DNA of 64,000 nt, from NCBI GenBank assembly GCA_029239635.1, contig JARBUN010000013.1, positions 12,667-76,666 of the forward strand, given 5' to 3'. The DNA is from Microbacterium sp. (GTDB taxonomy: Bacteria > Actinomycetota > Actinomycetes > Actinomycetales > Microbacteriaceae). The notes under the pieces are model-generated. The model worked only from the letters and a program-made list of their open reading frames with translations, had not been told where the DNA came from and searched no databases. How positions within the stretch are numbered: position 1 is the first letter of the stretch; every line of letters starts with the position of its first letter. Shown here piece after piece: positions 1 to 7,600 of this stretch. The position numbers were made by a program, and so were the translations under genes.

Positions 1-92
1 CGCGGCCGCGCACGTGCCCCGGGCAGAAGATGTCGCTCTGCGGCAGCCCTTCCTGCGTTTCCCGTCTTCTGCGGATTCACGACGCGGGGGTG

Positions 93-842
93 TCAGCGGC
101 TCCTCGGAAGCTGATCCACCCACTCCGCGTAGGTCTGGCGGCCCTGCGAGGCGTCCGGCGACCCCCGGAGCCGGCCCGAGCTCATGGCCGCACCCATCGA
201 CCCCGGAAGCGGGATCTCGACCACCGGCCGACGGCTTCCCCGTCGTGAAAGGAGCGTTCGGACCATGTCGGCGAGGATCTCGTCGCGCGGCCCGACCAGA
301 TCGGGCGCATCGCCCGCGGGTCCGGCCTCGGCGAGGTCCACCAGCGCCTCGGCCACCTCGGCGGCGGCGATGGGGCGGACGCGGGCACGGGGAGCCACGA
401 CGAGCGGACCCATCGACCCGCGCTCGACGGTCTGCACGGCGAACTCGTGGAACTGCGCGGCGCGCAGGAGCGTCCAGGGCAGCACTCCCGCGCGGACCGC
501 GCGTTCCTGCTCCCCCTTCGCTCCGTAGTACGAGGACGTGACGCCGTCGATACCGACGATGGAGAGCGCCACGAGGTGCGAGACTCCGGCCGCGGCGCCG
601 GCCGATTGCAGGGTGCGAGACACCGCGAGGAAGTACTCGGTCGCCTTCCTGCGAGAGAGCGTCTGGATGCCGCTCACGTCGATGATCGTCTCCACGCCGG
701 CGAGCGTCTGCGCGGACAGCCCCTTCGTCAGATCGTGCCCCGTCGACCGGGTCAGGGAGACGACCTCGTGTCCCCGGGCCTGAGCGAGCCGACGCACGTG
801 TGACCCGACGATGCCCGTCGCACCGCTGATGGCGACCTTCAT
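93..842 (-). CDS. NAD(P)-binding Rossmann-fold protein (atypical SDR/NmrA-like)
   Basis: MKVAISGATGIVG Rossmann motif, YYGAK, WTLLRAAQFHEF; ATG at 842 preceded by GGAGG. Confidence 0.85.
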   Translation of the reverse strand: MKVAISGATGIVGSHVRRLAQARGHEVVSLTRSTGHDLTKGLSAQTLAGVETIIDVSGIQTLSRRKATEYFLAVSRTLQSAGAAAGVSHLVALSIVGIDGVTSSYYGAKGEQERAVRAGVLPWTLLRAAQFHEFAVQTVERGSMGPLVVAPRARVRPIAAAEVAEALVDLAEAGPAGDAPDLVGPRDEILADMVRTLLSRRGSRRPVVEIPLPGSMGAAMSSGRLRGSPDASQGRQTYAEWVDQLPRSR

Positions 843-948
843 GGCTTCCTCCCCTGGCACACCCCGCGCGTGGCCCTCGCTCAGAGTGGCACGTCGGAAT
901 CGACCGGTTCCGGGGATTCCTCGAGGGTGGACGAATCACCGCCACAAC

Positions 949-1069
949 AAATCACGAAAAGATAACGCCGCCCTCTTCCCTTCCGTTATCTCACCGTTAT
1001 AGAGTGCTCGCACGGTAGTTGTTTTGCTGTGGCAGCTACCGACATGTGATTGCAGGACACTCTGGTGCA
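949..1069 (+). repeat. Direct repeat copy 1 (~121 bp; promoter plus structured RNA)
   Basis: Matches 1813-1934 except for one substitution and a 1-nt indel. Confidence 0.97.
960..1005 (+). promoter_or_regulatory. Putative promoter/operator: inverted repeat AGATAACG..CGTTATCT, direct repeat CCGTTAT at 11-bp spacing, -10 TAGAGT
   Basis: Motifs read directly from the sequence; AT-rich island in GC-rich DNA; retained in repeat copy 2. Confidence 0.55.
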
Positions 1070-1112
1070 GAGATGGGCCGGTCGAGATTCCTCGGCCGGC
1101 CCTTCGTCGTTT
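1012..1112 (+). ncRNA. Candidate small RNA or attenuated leader RNA (~100 nt)
   Basis: Starts ~6 nt after a TANNNT -10; hairpin CGGUAGUUGU-(UUUGCUGUG)-GCAGCUACCG at 1013-1041; ends in a terminator. Confidence 0.5.
1075..1112 (+). terminator. Intrinsic terminator
   Basis: 12-bp stem GGGCCGGTCGAG/CTCGGCCGGCCC, loop ATTC, tail TTCGTCGTTT. Confidence 0.7.
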
Positions 1113-1163
1113 CCACCGCCGCTTCTGACACCGAATCATCGGGCGAGGCAGCAGGATGAGGGG

Positions 1164-1784
1164 GTGAACGATGCAGACCTCACCGAACCCGACGGACGCC
1201 TCGTGCTGGTGCGGCACGGCGAGACCGAATGGAGCCGCACCGGCCGCCACACCGGACTCACCGACATCCCCCTCACCGAGACGGGTGCGTACAAGGCCGA
1301 GCTCGCGGGGACGCTCCTCGCGACCCGGCGGTTCGATCTGGTCCTGACGAGTCCCCTGCAGCGCGCGGTCGAGACCGCCTCCCGCGCCGGCTTCCCCGAC
1401 GCGCGGCCCGAGCCGCGACTCGTCGAGTGGGACTACGGCGCCTTCGAAGGCCTCACCACTCCCGAGATCATCGAGCAGCTGGGGCGCCCCTGGACGATCT
1501 GGCAGGCGGGCGCTCCGGCCGGGGCCACTCCCGGCGAGAGCATCGAGCAGGTCACCGCGCGGGCGGCATCCCTCCTCGACGACCTTCGCCCGCGCCTGCG
1601 CAGCGGCGAACAGATCCTCGTGTTCTCGCATGCGCACTTCCTGCGCGCGCTCGCGGGAGTGTGGCTCGGCCTCACCGCGGCGGGCGGGCGCTACTTCGTG
1701 CTGGGCACCTCGGCCGTGAGCGAGCTCGGCTTCGAGCACGGCAACGCCGTCATCACGCAGTGGAACCACGTGCGTGGGCGCTGA
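1164..1784 (+). CDS. Histidine phosphatase (phosphoglycerate mutase family)
   Basis: LVRHGETEWS, SPLQRA, EWDYG and FSHAH motifs; GTG start after GAGGGG. Confidence 0.92.
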   Translation: MNDADLTEPDGRLVLVRHGETEWSRTGRHTGLTDIPLTETGAYKAELAGTLLATRRFDLVLTSPLQRAVETASRAGFPDARPEPRLVEWDYGAFEGLTTPEIIEQLGRPWTIWQAGAPAGATPGESIEQVTARAASLLDDLRPRLRSGEQILVFSHAHFLRALAGVWLGLTAAGGRYFVLGTSAVSELGFEHGNAVITQWNHVRGR

Positions 1785-1812
1785 TCGAGCACCCCGACGA
1801 GGCGCGGATCCG

Positions 1813-1934
1813 AAATCACGAAAAGATAACGCCGACCTCTTCCCTTCCGTTATCTCACCGTTATAGAGTGCTCGCACGGTAGTTGTTTTGCTGTGGCAGC
1901 TACCGACATGTGATTGCAGGACACTCTTGGTGCA
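1813..1934 (+). repeat. Direct repeat copy 2 (no terminator; runs straight into the MarR gene)
   Basis: Near-identical to 949-1069. Confidence 0.97.
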
Positions 1935-2343
1935 CCAGGCTTGGGAGAGCCTTTTCCGGGCCCAGCACGAGGTGTTCGAAGAGCTGCGGACGGACTTCGA
2001 CGGCTCGGAACTGACGCAGGCCGAGTACGACGTGCTCCTCACCGTCACCCGCGCTCCCGACATGACCGCGCGCCTCCGCGACGTCACGGGCAACATGCTG
2101 ATCAGCCAGCCGAGCGTCTCCCGCCTCGTCGAGCGCATGGTCGCGCGCGGGCTGCTCACCAAATGCGCCGATCCCGACGACGGTCGCGGCTCTCTCGTGA
2201 CCGCGACCGAAGAGGGCGCCGTGGTGTTCCGCCGCCTCGCCGCGGCCCACGGGCGCTCGATCGCGAACCGCATGGCCCGCCTCGACGACGACGAGCTGGC
2301 GCAGCTGCACGCGCTGACGGCGAAGCTCCGCGACCCCGCTTGA
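1927..2343 (+). CDS. MarR family transcriptional regulator (N-terminus possibly truncated)
   Basis: AWESLFRAQ, LTQAEYDVL, SQPSVSRLVERM and DPDDGRG winged-HTH motifs; start uncertain (TTG 1927 or GTG 1930, inside the repeat). Confidence 0.88.
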   Translation: MVHQAWESLFRAQHEVFEELRTDFDGSELTQAEYDVLLTVTRAPDMTARLRDVTGNMLISQPSVSRLVERMVARGLLTKCADPDDGRGSLVTATEEGAVVFRRLAAAHGRSIANRMARLDDDELAQLHALTAKLRDPA

Positions 2344-2452
2344 GCCGTCGGCATCCGCCGAACCCGCACGCGCTCACCGAGCCCGTACACAGTGGTCCGC
2401 AATCGCGTGCGGGCTCCGCACGCGCGTGCTGTTCTGCGCCGCCCGGCCCGGG

Positions 2453-3949
2453 TCAGCACTCGATGACGTTGACCGCGAGGCCGCCCTCGCTCGTCTCCTT
2501 GTACTTCGTCGACATGTCGATGCCGGTCTGACGCATCGTCTCGACGACGGCATCCAGCGATACGTAGTGCGACCCGTCTCCGCGCAGCGCGAGCCGGGCC
2601 GCCGTCACGGCCGTCGAGGCGGCGATCGCGTTGCGCTCGATGCACGGGATCTGCACGAGCCCGCCCACCGGGTCGCACGTGAGTCCGAGGTGGTGTTCCA
2701 TCGCGATCTCGGCGGCGTTCTCGATCTGCCGGTTCGTGCCGCCCATCACCGCGGTCAGGCCGCCCGCGGCCATCGCGCAGGCGGAGCCGACCTCGGCTTG
2801 GCACCCGCCCTCGGCACCCGAGATCGACGCGTTGGCCTTGAACAGCGAGCCGAGCGCCGTCGCCGTCAGCAGGAAGCGCCGGATGCCACGGCGTCGGTTC
2901 GCCTCCGCCACGTCGCCGTCGTCCCACCCCGAGACCTCGCCCCGTGTGACGGCGTGCCCGTCGTAGCCGAGCAGAGCACTGCCAACGAGCTCGCCGTAGG
3001 GCGTGACGGCATTGCCGGCCCCGAGACCGGAGTCCGCGAGGAACCGCCACCAGTACATCGCCACGGCCGGGAGGATGCCCGCGGCCCCGTTCGTCGGCGC
3101 CGTCACGACGCGCCCTCCGGCGGCGTTCTCCTCGTTCACCGCGAGCGCGAACGCGCCGAGCCACTCCCCCGGCAGTTCGCGGTGCCCCTCGGCTTCGATG
3201 GCCTCGAGCTGCTCCCGGATCACCGAGGCGCGACGCTTCACCTTCAGGATGCCGGGAAGCACCCCGTCGTGCGCGAGTCCCGCGTTCACGCAGGCGGCCA
3301 TGGCATCCCAGATCCGGTCGAGGCCCGCGGCGATCTCCTCGTCGGATCGCAGCGCCTCTTCGTTGCGGCGCGCGGCCTCGGCGATCGTGATGCCCTGCTC
3401 GTCGCACAGCGCGATCAGGGTCGCTGCATCGTCGAACGCGAGGGGGAACGGCGCGGCCGAGACGCGCGGAGGCTCGCCCTCGCGCCGGATGAACCCGCCG
3501 CCGATGGAGTAGAAGGTCTCGTCGGCCAGAACCCCGCCGTCGGCATCGCGCGCGACGAGCGTCATGGCGTTCGGGTGGCCGGGCAGGCGCGTGCGCGGAG
3601 CGAGCACCACGTCGTCCTTCGAGAACGCGATCTCGTGGTCGCCGGCGAGGGCGAGCGCGCGCCCCTCGGGCCAGTCCGACCACGCCCGGCGCACGGCATC
3701 CGGATCCACCGTCTCGGGGTGCAGGCCCTGGAGCCCGGCGACCACCGCATCGGGGGTGCCGTGACCGATGCCCGTCGCGCCGAGCGATCCGTACAACGCG
3801 CAGGAGACGGATGCCACGCGCCCCAGCCGTCCGTCGGAACGAAGGCGGGTCGCGAAGTCGGCGGCGGCCCGCATGGGTCCGACCGTATGGGAGCTCGAGG
3901 GTCCTACACCGATGGAGAACAGCTCGAACGCCGAAACGTAGGCGCTCAT
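2453..3949 (-). CDS. sdaA: L-serine ammonia-lyase (Fe-S dependent)
   Basis: GVGPSSSHTVGPM, VTAPTNGAAG, GCQAEVGSA, CDPVGGLVQIPCIERN, KYKETSEGGLA. Confidence 0.97.
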   Translation of the reverse strand: MSAYVSAFELFSIGVGPSSSHTVGPMRAAADFATRLRSDGRLGRVASVSCALYGSLGATGIGHGTPDAVVAGLQGLHPETVDPDAVRRAWSDWPEGRALALAGDHEIAFSKDDVVLAPRTRLPGHPNAMTLVARDADGGVLADETFYSIGGGFIRREGEPPRVSAAPFPLAFDDAATLIALCDEQGITIAEAARRNEEALRSDEEIAAGLDRIWDAMAACVNAGLAHDGVLPGILKVKRRASVIREQLEAIEAEGHRELPGEWLGAFALAVNEENAAGGRVVTAPTNGAAGILPAVAMYWWRFLADSGLGAGNAVTPYGELVGSALLGYDGHAVTRGEVSGWDDGDVAEANRRRGIRRFLLTATALGSLFKANASISGAEGGCQAEVGSACAMAAGGLTAVMGGTNRQIENAAEIAMEHHLGLTCDPVGGLVQIPCIERNAIAASTAVTAARLALRGDGSHYVSLDAVVETMRQTGIDMSTKYKETSEGGLAVNVIEC

Positions 3950-4106
3950 GCCCCCAGCGTACGTGGCGCCCCCGACATCGCGCGGCTACGCCCTCGCAAC
4001 CGCTGCGCCACGCCCGGGATGCACTCCGTTCCAGGCCGATTAGACGTCTCCGCCGGTCGCGGCTATGCTGGACCACGGCCTGCGCGCCGTTTCGCGCGGA
4101 GGCCCT

Positions 4107-4179
4107 GCGCCCGTAGCTCAATGGATAGAGCATCTGACTACGGATCAGAAGGTTAGGGGTTCGAGTCCCTTCGGGCGCA
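4107..4179 (+). tRNA. tRNA-Arg (anticodon ACG)
   Basis: Cloverleaf: acceptor GCGCCCG/CGGGCGC, D-arm TAGCTCAATGGATAGAGC, anticodon arm TCTGA-CTACGGA-TCAGA, T-arm GGTTCGAGTCC. Confidence 0.97.
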
Positions 4180-4198
4180 CACTGTGTTGAGACAGTGA

Positions 4199-4243
4199 AA
4201 GGCCCGGCCGGAAGAAATTCCGAGCCGGGCCTTGTCTCATTTC
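4199..4243 (+). terminator. Hairpin/terminator after the tRNA
   Basis: AAGGCCCGG...CCGGGCCTT inverted repeat followed by GTCTCATTT. Confidence 0.55.
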
Positions 4244-4327
4244 CGGGCAGCGATGATCCACCGTGCCGCTGCCAGGTGTGTACTCGAGTACAGGTCGCAA
4301 CGCGCCGGACGGACGTAGCGTCGAAGG

Positions 4328-5299
4328 GTGCCCCCTCCGCCTCCACCCCGGCACTCGCTTCGTCCTCTCGACGACGAGCGCGAGCGGGCGGGCTTCGCGT
4401 CCACGCGGTCGCGTCGCTTCGAGATCGTGGACGGCCGCTATCCCCATCCCGCGGTGTCTCTCGGCTGGCGCCACCACAACCTCGCCGATCGAGACAGGCT
4501 CAGGGCGGCGGTGACGACCGCGATCTCCGAGGGCGGTGAGCCGCTCCTCGTCACGTGGTCCGCCGATCCCGGCGCCGGTCAGGTGACCGCGCTGGTCCCG
4601 GCGCCGGCGAACCCCGCGTGGTTGGTCAGACTGCTCCACGCGGCCGCGGAACAGGGCGTCGGCCCGCCCGTCTCCGCGATCGTCGGCGACGAAGGCGCCG
4701 TGGCGTCCGCGGGGTCGGCTCTGGATGCCGTCGCCTTCACCGGCGCACGATTGACTCCGTCTCCGGTGCGGAGCGTCCTGCATCGACGCACGAGAGACGG
4801 CGTGACGCGAACCACCATCACGGGGATCGACCCGGCGCTGCGTTTCGGCGGGCCGGCGGCGGCGCTGGCCTTCCGTGCCGCGGCAGAGGGCCCGAATCCT
4901 CTTCTCCCGTCAATCGTCGGCCGATCGGGGCTCACCGCGACGATACGGGTCATCCGCGGACTGCAGGACGGTGTCTCCACCGTCACCTGGATGGTGGATG
5001 CCCCGGAACGCGCCGGCCTCCTCGCGCTCGAGGCGGTGCTGGATGCAGGTGCCCTCGGCTTCCGCGTCGAGCCCGACATGCTGTCCGTCTCACGCGAGTC
5101 CCTCCTCGCGGAGCTCCACGGCCACCGGCACTCTCCCGTGGAGTTCGCCCGCGCGCTGACGCGCTACGAGACGCTCGGCTGGGACGGCGATCTCGTCCGA
5201 GACCCTCGATCCGCTCTCGCAAGCGTGTCCGCCGCCCAGGTGGGCGAAGCGATCTCGGGACTGTTGAAGCCGGTCGTCGACGTGCTGGGCCGGACCTGA
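4328..5299 (+). CDS. Hypothetical protein, weakly resembling an inactive M16 (insulinase) peptidase C-terminal half
   Basis: Protein-like composition; C-terminus 'ALASVSAAQVGEAI' recalls M16 C-termini; no HxxEH motif; start uncertain. Confidence 0.55.
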   Translation: MPPPPPPRHSLRPLDDERERAGFASTRSRRFEIVDGRYPHPAVSLGWRHHNLADRDRLRAAVTTAISEGGEPLLVTWSADPGAGQVTALVPAPANPAWLVRLLHAAAEQGVGPPVSAIVGDEGAVASAGSALDAVAFTGARLTPSPVRSVLHRRTRDGVTRTTITGIDPALRFGGPAAALAFRAAAEGPNPLLPSIVGRSGLTATIRVIRGLQDGVSTVTWMVDAPERAGLLALEAVLDAGALGFRVEPDMLSVSRESLLAELHGHRHSPVEFARALTRYETLGWDGDLVRDPRSALASVSAAQVGEAISGLLKPVVDVLGRT

Positions 5300-5300
5300 C

Positions 5301-5984
5301 TCACTCGCGCGGGCGGAAGTGCGGATCGTCGGTGATGGTCACGAGCCCGCGCGCGATCGCCGTGACGAGGATCTGCACGCGGTCGCGCACGCCGAGCTTC
5401 TCCATGATCTTCACGAAGCGCGCCTTGATCGTGGACTCGGTCACGAAGAGGTGCTGCGCCATCTCCCGGTTGCTCAGGCCGTCGGCGAGCAGCGCGATGA
5501 CCTCGAGCTCTTTCTCGGTGAGGACGCTCATCAGCGCCTCATCCGGCTCGAGGGTGGCGGGCGTGGACTCCTCGAGGCCACGGACGACGTGCCGCGTCAC
5601 GTCGGGCGACAACACGGACTCTCCCGCGGCGACGGCGTGGACGGCGGCGACGATGTCCTTCGGGAGCGCGTCTTTGACGAGATAGCCCGACGCGCCCGCC
5701 CGGAGGAGATCCACGACGTACCGATCGGTCGAGAACGTGCTGAGGCCGAGGATGGCGATCTCGGGGAACTCCGCGTGGATCTGCGCGGTCGCCCGCACAC
5801 CGTCCATGATCGGCATCTGCATGTCCATGAGGATGACGTCGGGCCGGAGGGCGCTCGCCTGCGCCACGGCGACCTGGCCGTTGGCTGCTTCGCCCACGAT
5901 CTCGAGACTCGGATCGGACCCCACGTAGTCCCGCAGGATCTCGCGCGTGATCGCCTCGTCGTCCACGAGCAGCACCCGGATCAC
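5301..5984 (-). CDS. NarL/LuxR family response regulator
   Basis: IRVLLVDD, DVILMDMQMP, GASGYLVKD, LTEKELEV...GLSNREMA HTH; GTGA overlap with the kinase stop. Confidence 0.95.
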   Translation of the reverse strand: MIRVLLVDDEAITREILRDYVGSDPSLEIVGEAANGQVAVAQASALRPDVILMDMQMPIMDGVRATAQIHAEFPEIAILGLSTFSTDRYVVDLLRAGASGYLVKDALPKDIVAAVHAVAAGESVLSPDVTRHVVRGLEESTPATLEPDEALMSVLTEKELEVIALLADGLSNREMAQHLFVTESTIKARFVKIMEKLGVRDRVQILVTAIARGLVTITDDPHFRPRE

Positions 5985-7228
5985 GGTGTCTCCTCCGTGA
6001 CCTTCATGGGCTGTAGCGCCCGCTCGAGCGGAAGAGTCATGATGGTTCGCCATTTTCCTTCGCTCATTCCGCTGGTGACCGATCCCCCGAAGACCTCGCT
6101 GCGCGCGCGCATCGCCTCGAGGCCCGTCGTCGTCGACGAGAGGGGGCTCGTGGATGCGGGCGCATCGACCGTGCTGACGATCACCGCGTCGGACCCGACG
6201 GTCATCGTCATCTCCACGGGCTGCGAGGGATCCGCGTGCTTGAGCACGTTCGTGCCCAGCTCGCGGATCGTGCGCCGCAGGGCCTGTCGCAGGCTCGCGG
6301 GGACACGGGCGAGTTCGCCTTCGAGGGTGAACACGACGTCGAAGCCCGCGCGCTGCAGGGCGTCCGCCACCCCCTCGAGGTCATGCGCGAGGCCGACCGC
6401 GCTCGTCGTCTCCCCCGACAGTTCCGGGGAGCCGAGGAGGTCGGCCTCGTCAGAGGGGGCCGACTGGACGGCGTCGCTCTTGAGCAGCAGCACGAGACTG
6501 CGGAGGTCGGTCAGCGCCTGCTGGGCCGAGTCGCCGATCCCCTCGATGATCTGCGCCGTCTTGCTCGGGTCCTGGACGAGCTGCGCGCGACGCGCCTGCA
6601 TCGCGATGATCGTCACGTCGTGGGCGACGATGTCGTGCAGCTCGTACGCCAGCGTCATGCGCTCGTCGGCACGGATACGCGCCTGCTGTTCGCGGAGCGA
6701 ACGGATCTGAGCGGCGCTGCGATCGTTGCGTCGACCGTAGACGCCGAGGCCGAGTCCCGCGCCGGCCGCGACGATCATGATCAGGAGGACGACGAGAACG
6801 GTCGAGATGGTGAGCTCGGTCGGGTGGACGACCATGGACAGCGACATCAGGACGATGCTCGCGGGGGCGAAGACCAGAGCGACCCGGAGGGGGAGCATCA
6901 TCGCGCACAAGCCCAGCGTGATGGCCGTGGGGAACGTCATCTGCGCGATCTGATACTCGGTGCCCACGGTGGCGAGCGCGGCGAGCAGGCCGACGATCGC
7001 GAGCAGTAGCGTCACGGCGGCCGGCACCGCACCGACGAGCAGGGCGAGAAGTGGCAGACAGGGGACGACGAGGAACACCCAGCCGATGGGTGTCGCGAGG
7101 TCCAGCTCTCCCGCGCTGATGTCGACGGCGATCAGCGCAGCCGTCACCGCGATGAGCAGAACGCGGGCGATCCACTTTCCGGGCAGGGGCTTGACCTCGG
7201 TGAACCACGGGGGTGGACGTCCTACCAC
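5981..7228 (-). CDS. Membrane sensor histidine kinase (HisKA_3)
   Basis: ~5 TM helices, ERMTLAYELHDIVAH H-box, ELGTNVLKHA N-box, GLEAMRAR; start approximate. Confidence 0.92.
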   Translation of the reverse strand: MVGRPPPWFTEVKPLPGKWIARVLLIAVTAALIAVDISAGELDLATPIGWVFLVVPCLPLLALLVGAVPAAVTLLLAIVGLLAALATVGTEYQIAQMTFPTAITLGLCAMMLPLRVALVFAPASIVLMSLSMVVHPTELTISTVLVVLLIMIVAAGAGLGLGVYGRRNDRSAAQIRSLREQQARIRADERMTLAYELHDIVAHDVTIIAMQARRAQLVQDPSKTAQIIEGIGDSAQQALTDLRSLVLLLKSDAVQSAPSDEADLLGSPELSGETTSAVGLAHDLEGVADALQRAGFDVVFTLEGELARVPASLRQALRRTIRELGTNVLKHADPSQPVEMTMTVGSDAVIVSTVDAPASTSPLSSTTTGLEAMRARSEVFGGSVTSGMSEGKWRTIMTLPLERALQPMKVTEETP

Positions 7229-7392
7229 GTGGCCACCCTAACCGGCGGGCTCGGTCCGACATGAACTTTCGACCACACTCTTCGCCGTCCGGCTGAGGTG
7301 TGTCCTTTCGTATATGCCGGCCCTTCGCGGCAGCCGACAGGGTCGGATCAAGCGCTTCCGACAACCGCCGGAAACTCCTCGAAGGGTCTCTC

Positions 7393-7560
7393 ATGCTCAC
7401 TTCCGCCGCCGTCACCGCCACCCTCGTCCTCGCCCTCTCCGGATCGCCCGCGGCAGCTCCCGCCCCCGTTCCCGCCGCCGTCTCGGCCGTCTCGGCGGAC
7501 GCTTCGCAGGCGTACCTCCCGCTGAACTTCTGGTGCGCGTTCCTCCGCATGTGCAAGTGA
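7393..7560 (+). CDS. Small secreted peptide (55 aa) with C-terminal NFWCAFLRMCK; candidate signalling/inducer peptide
   Basis: Signal-peptide-like N-terminus MLTSAAVTATLVLALSGSPAAA; GAAGGG upstream; high GC3; first gene of the RiPP operon. Confidence 0.75.
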   Translation: MLTSAAVTATLVLALSGSPAAAPAPVPAAVSAVSADASQAYLPLNFWCAFLRMCK

Positions 7561-7600
7561 CCATCGCCATCCCTCCCCGACGGAAGAGAGACGTCTGCCC

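Noticed and set aside
949-1934. Riboswitch, CRISPR or IS ends as an explanation of the 121-bp repeat
   Set aside because: Only two copies, no spacers or cas genes, no transposase, and no match to riboswitch consensus sequences I recognise (SAM-IV, TPP, cobalamin, ydaO)
936-4346. 1136-aa minus-strand ORF and many other long Arg/Pro/Ala-rich ORFs (e.g. 7412-9586, 11134-12798, 13488-15470, 18471-20198)
   Set aside because: Shadow frames of real genes in high-GC DNA; no motifs, and they overlap well-supported CDSs or the tRNA
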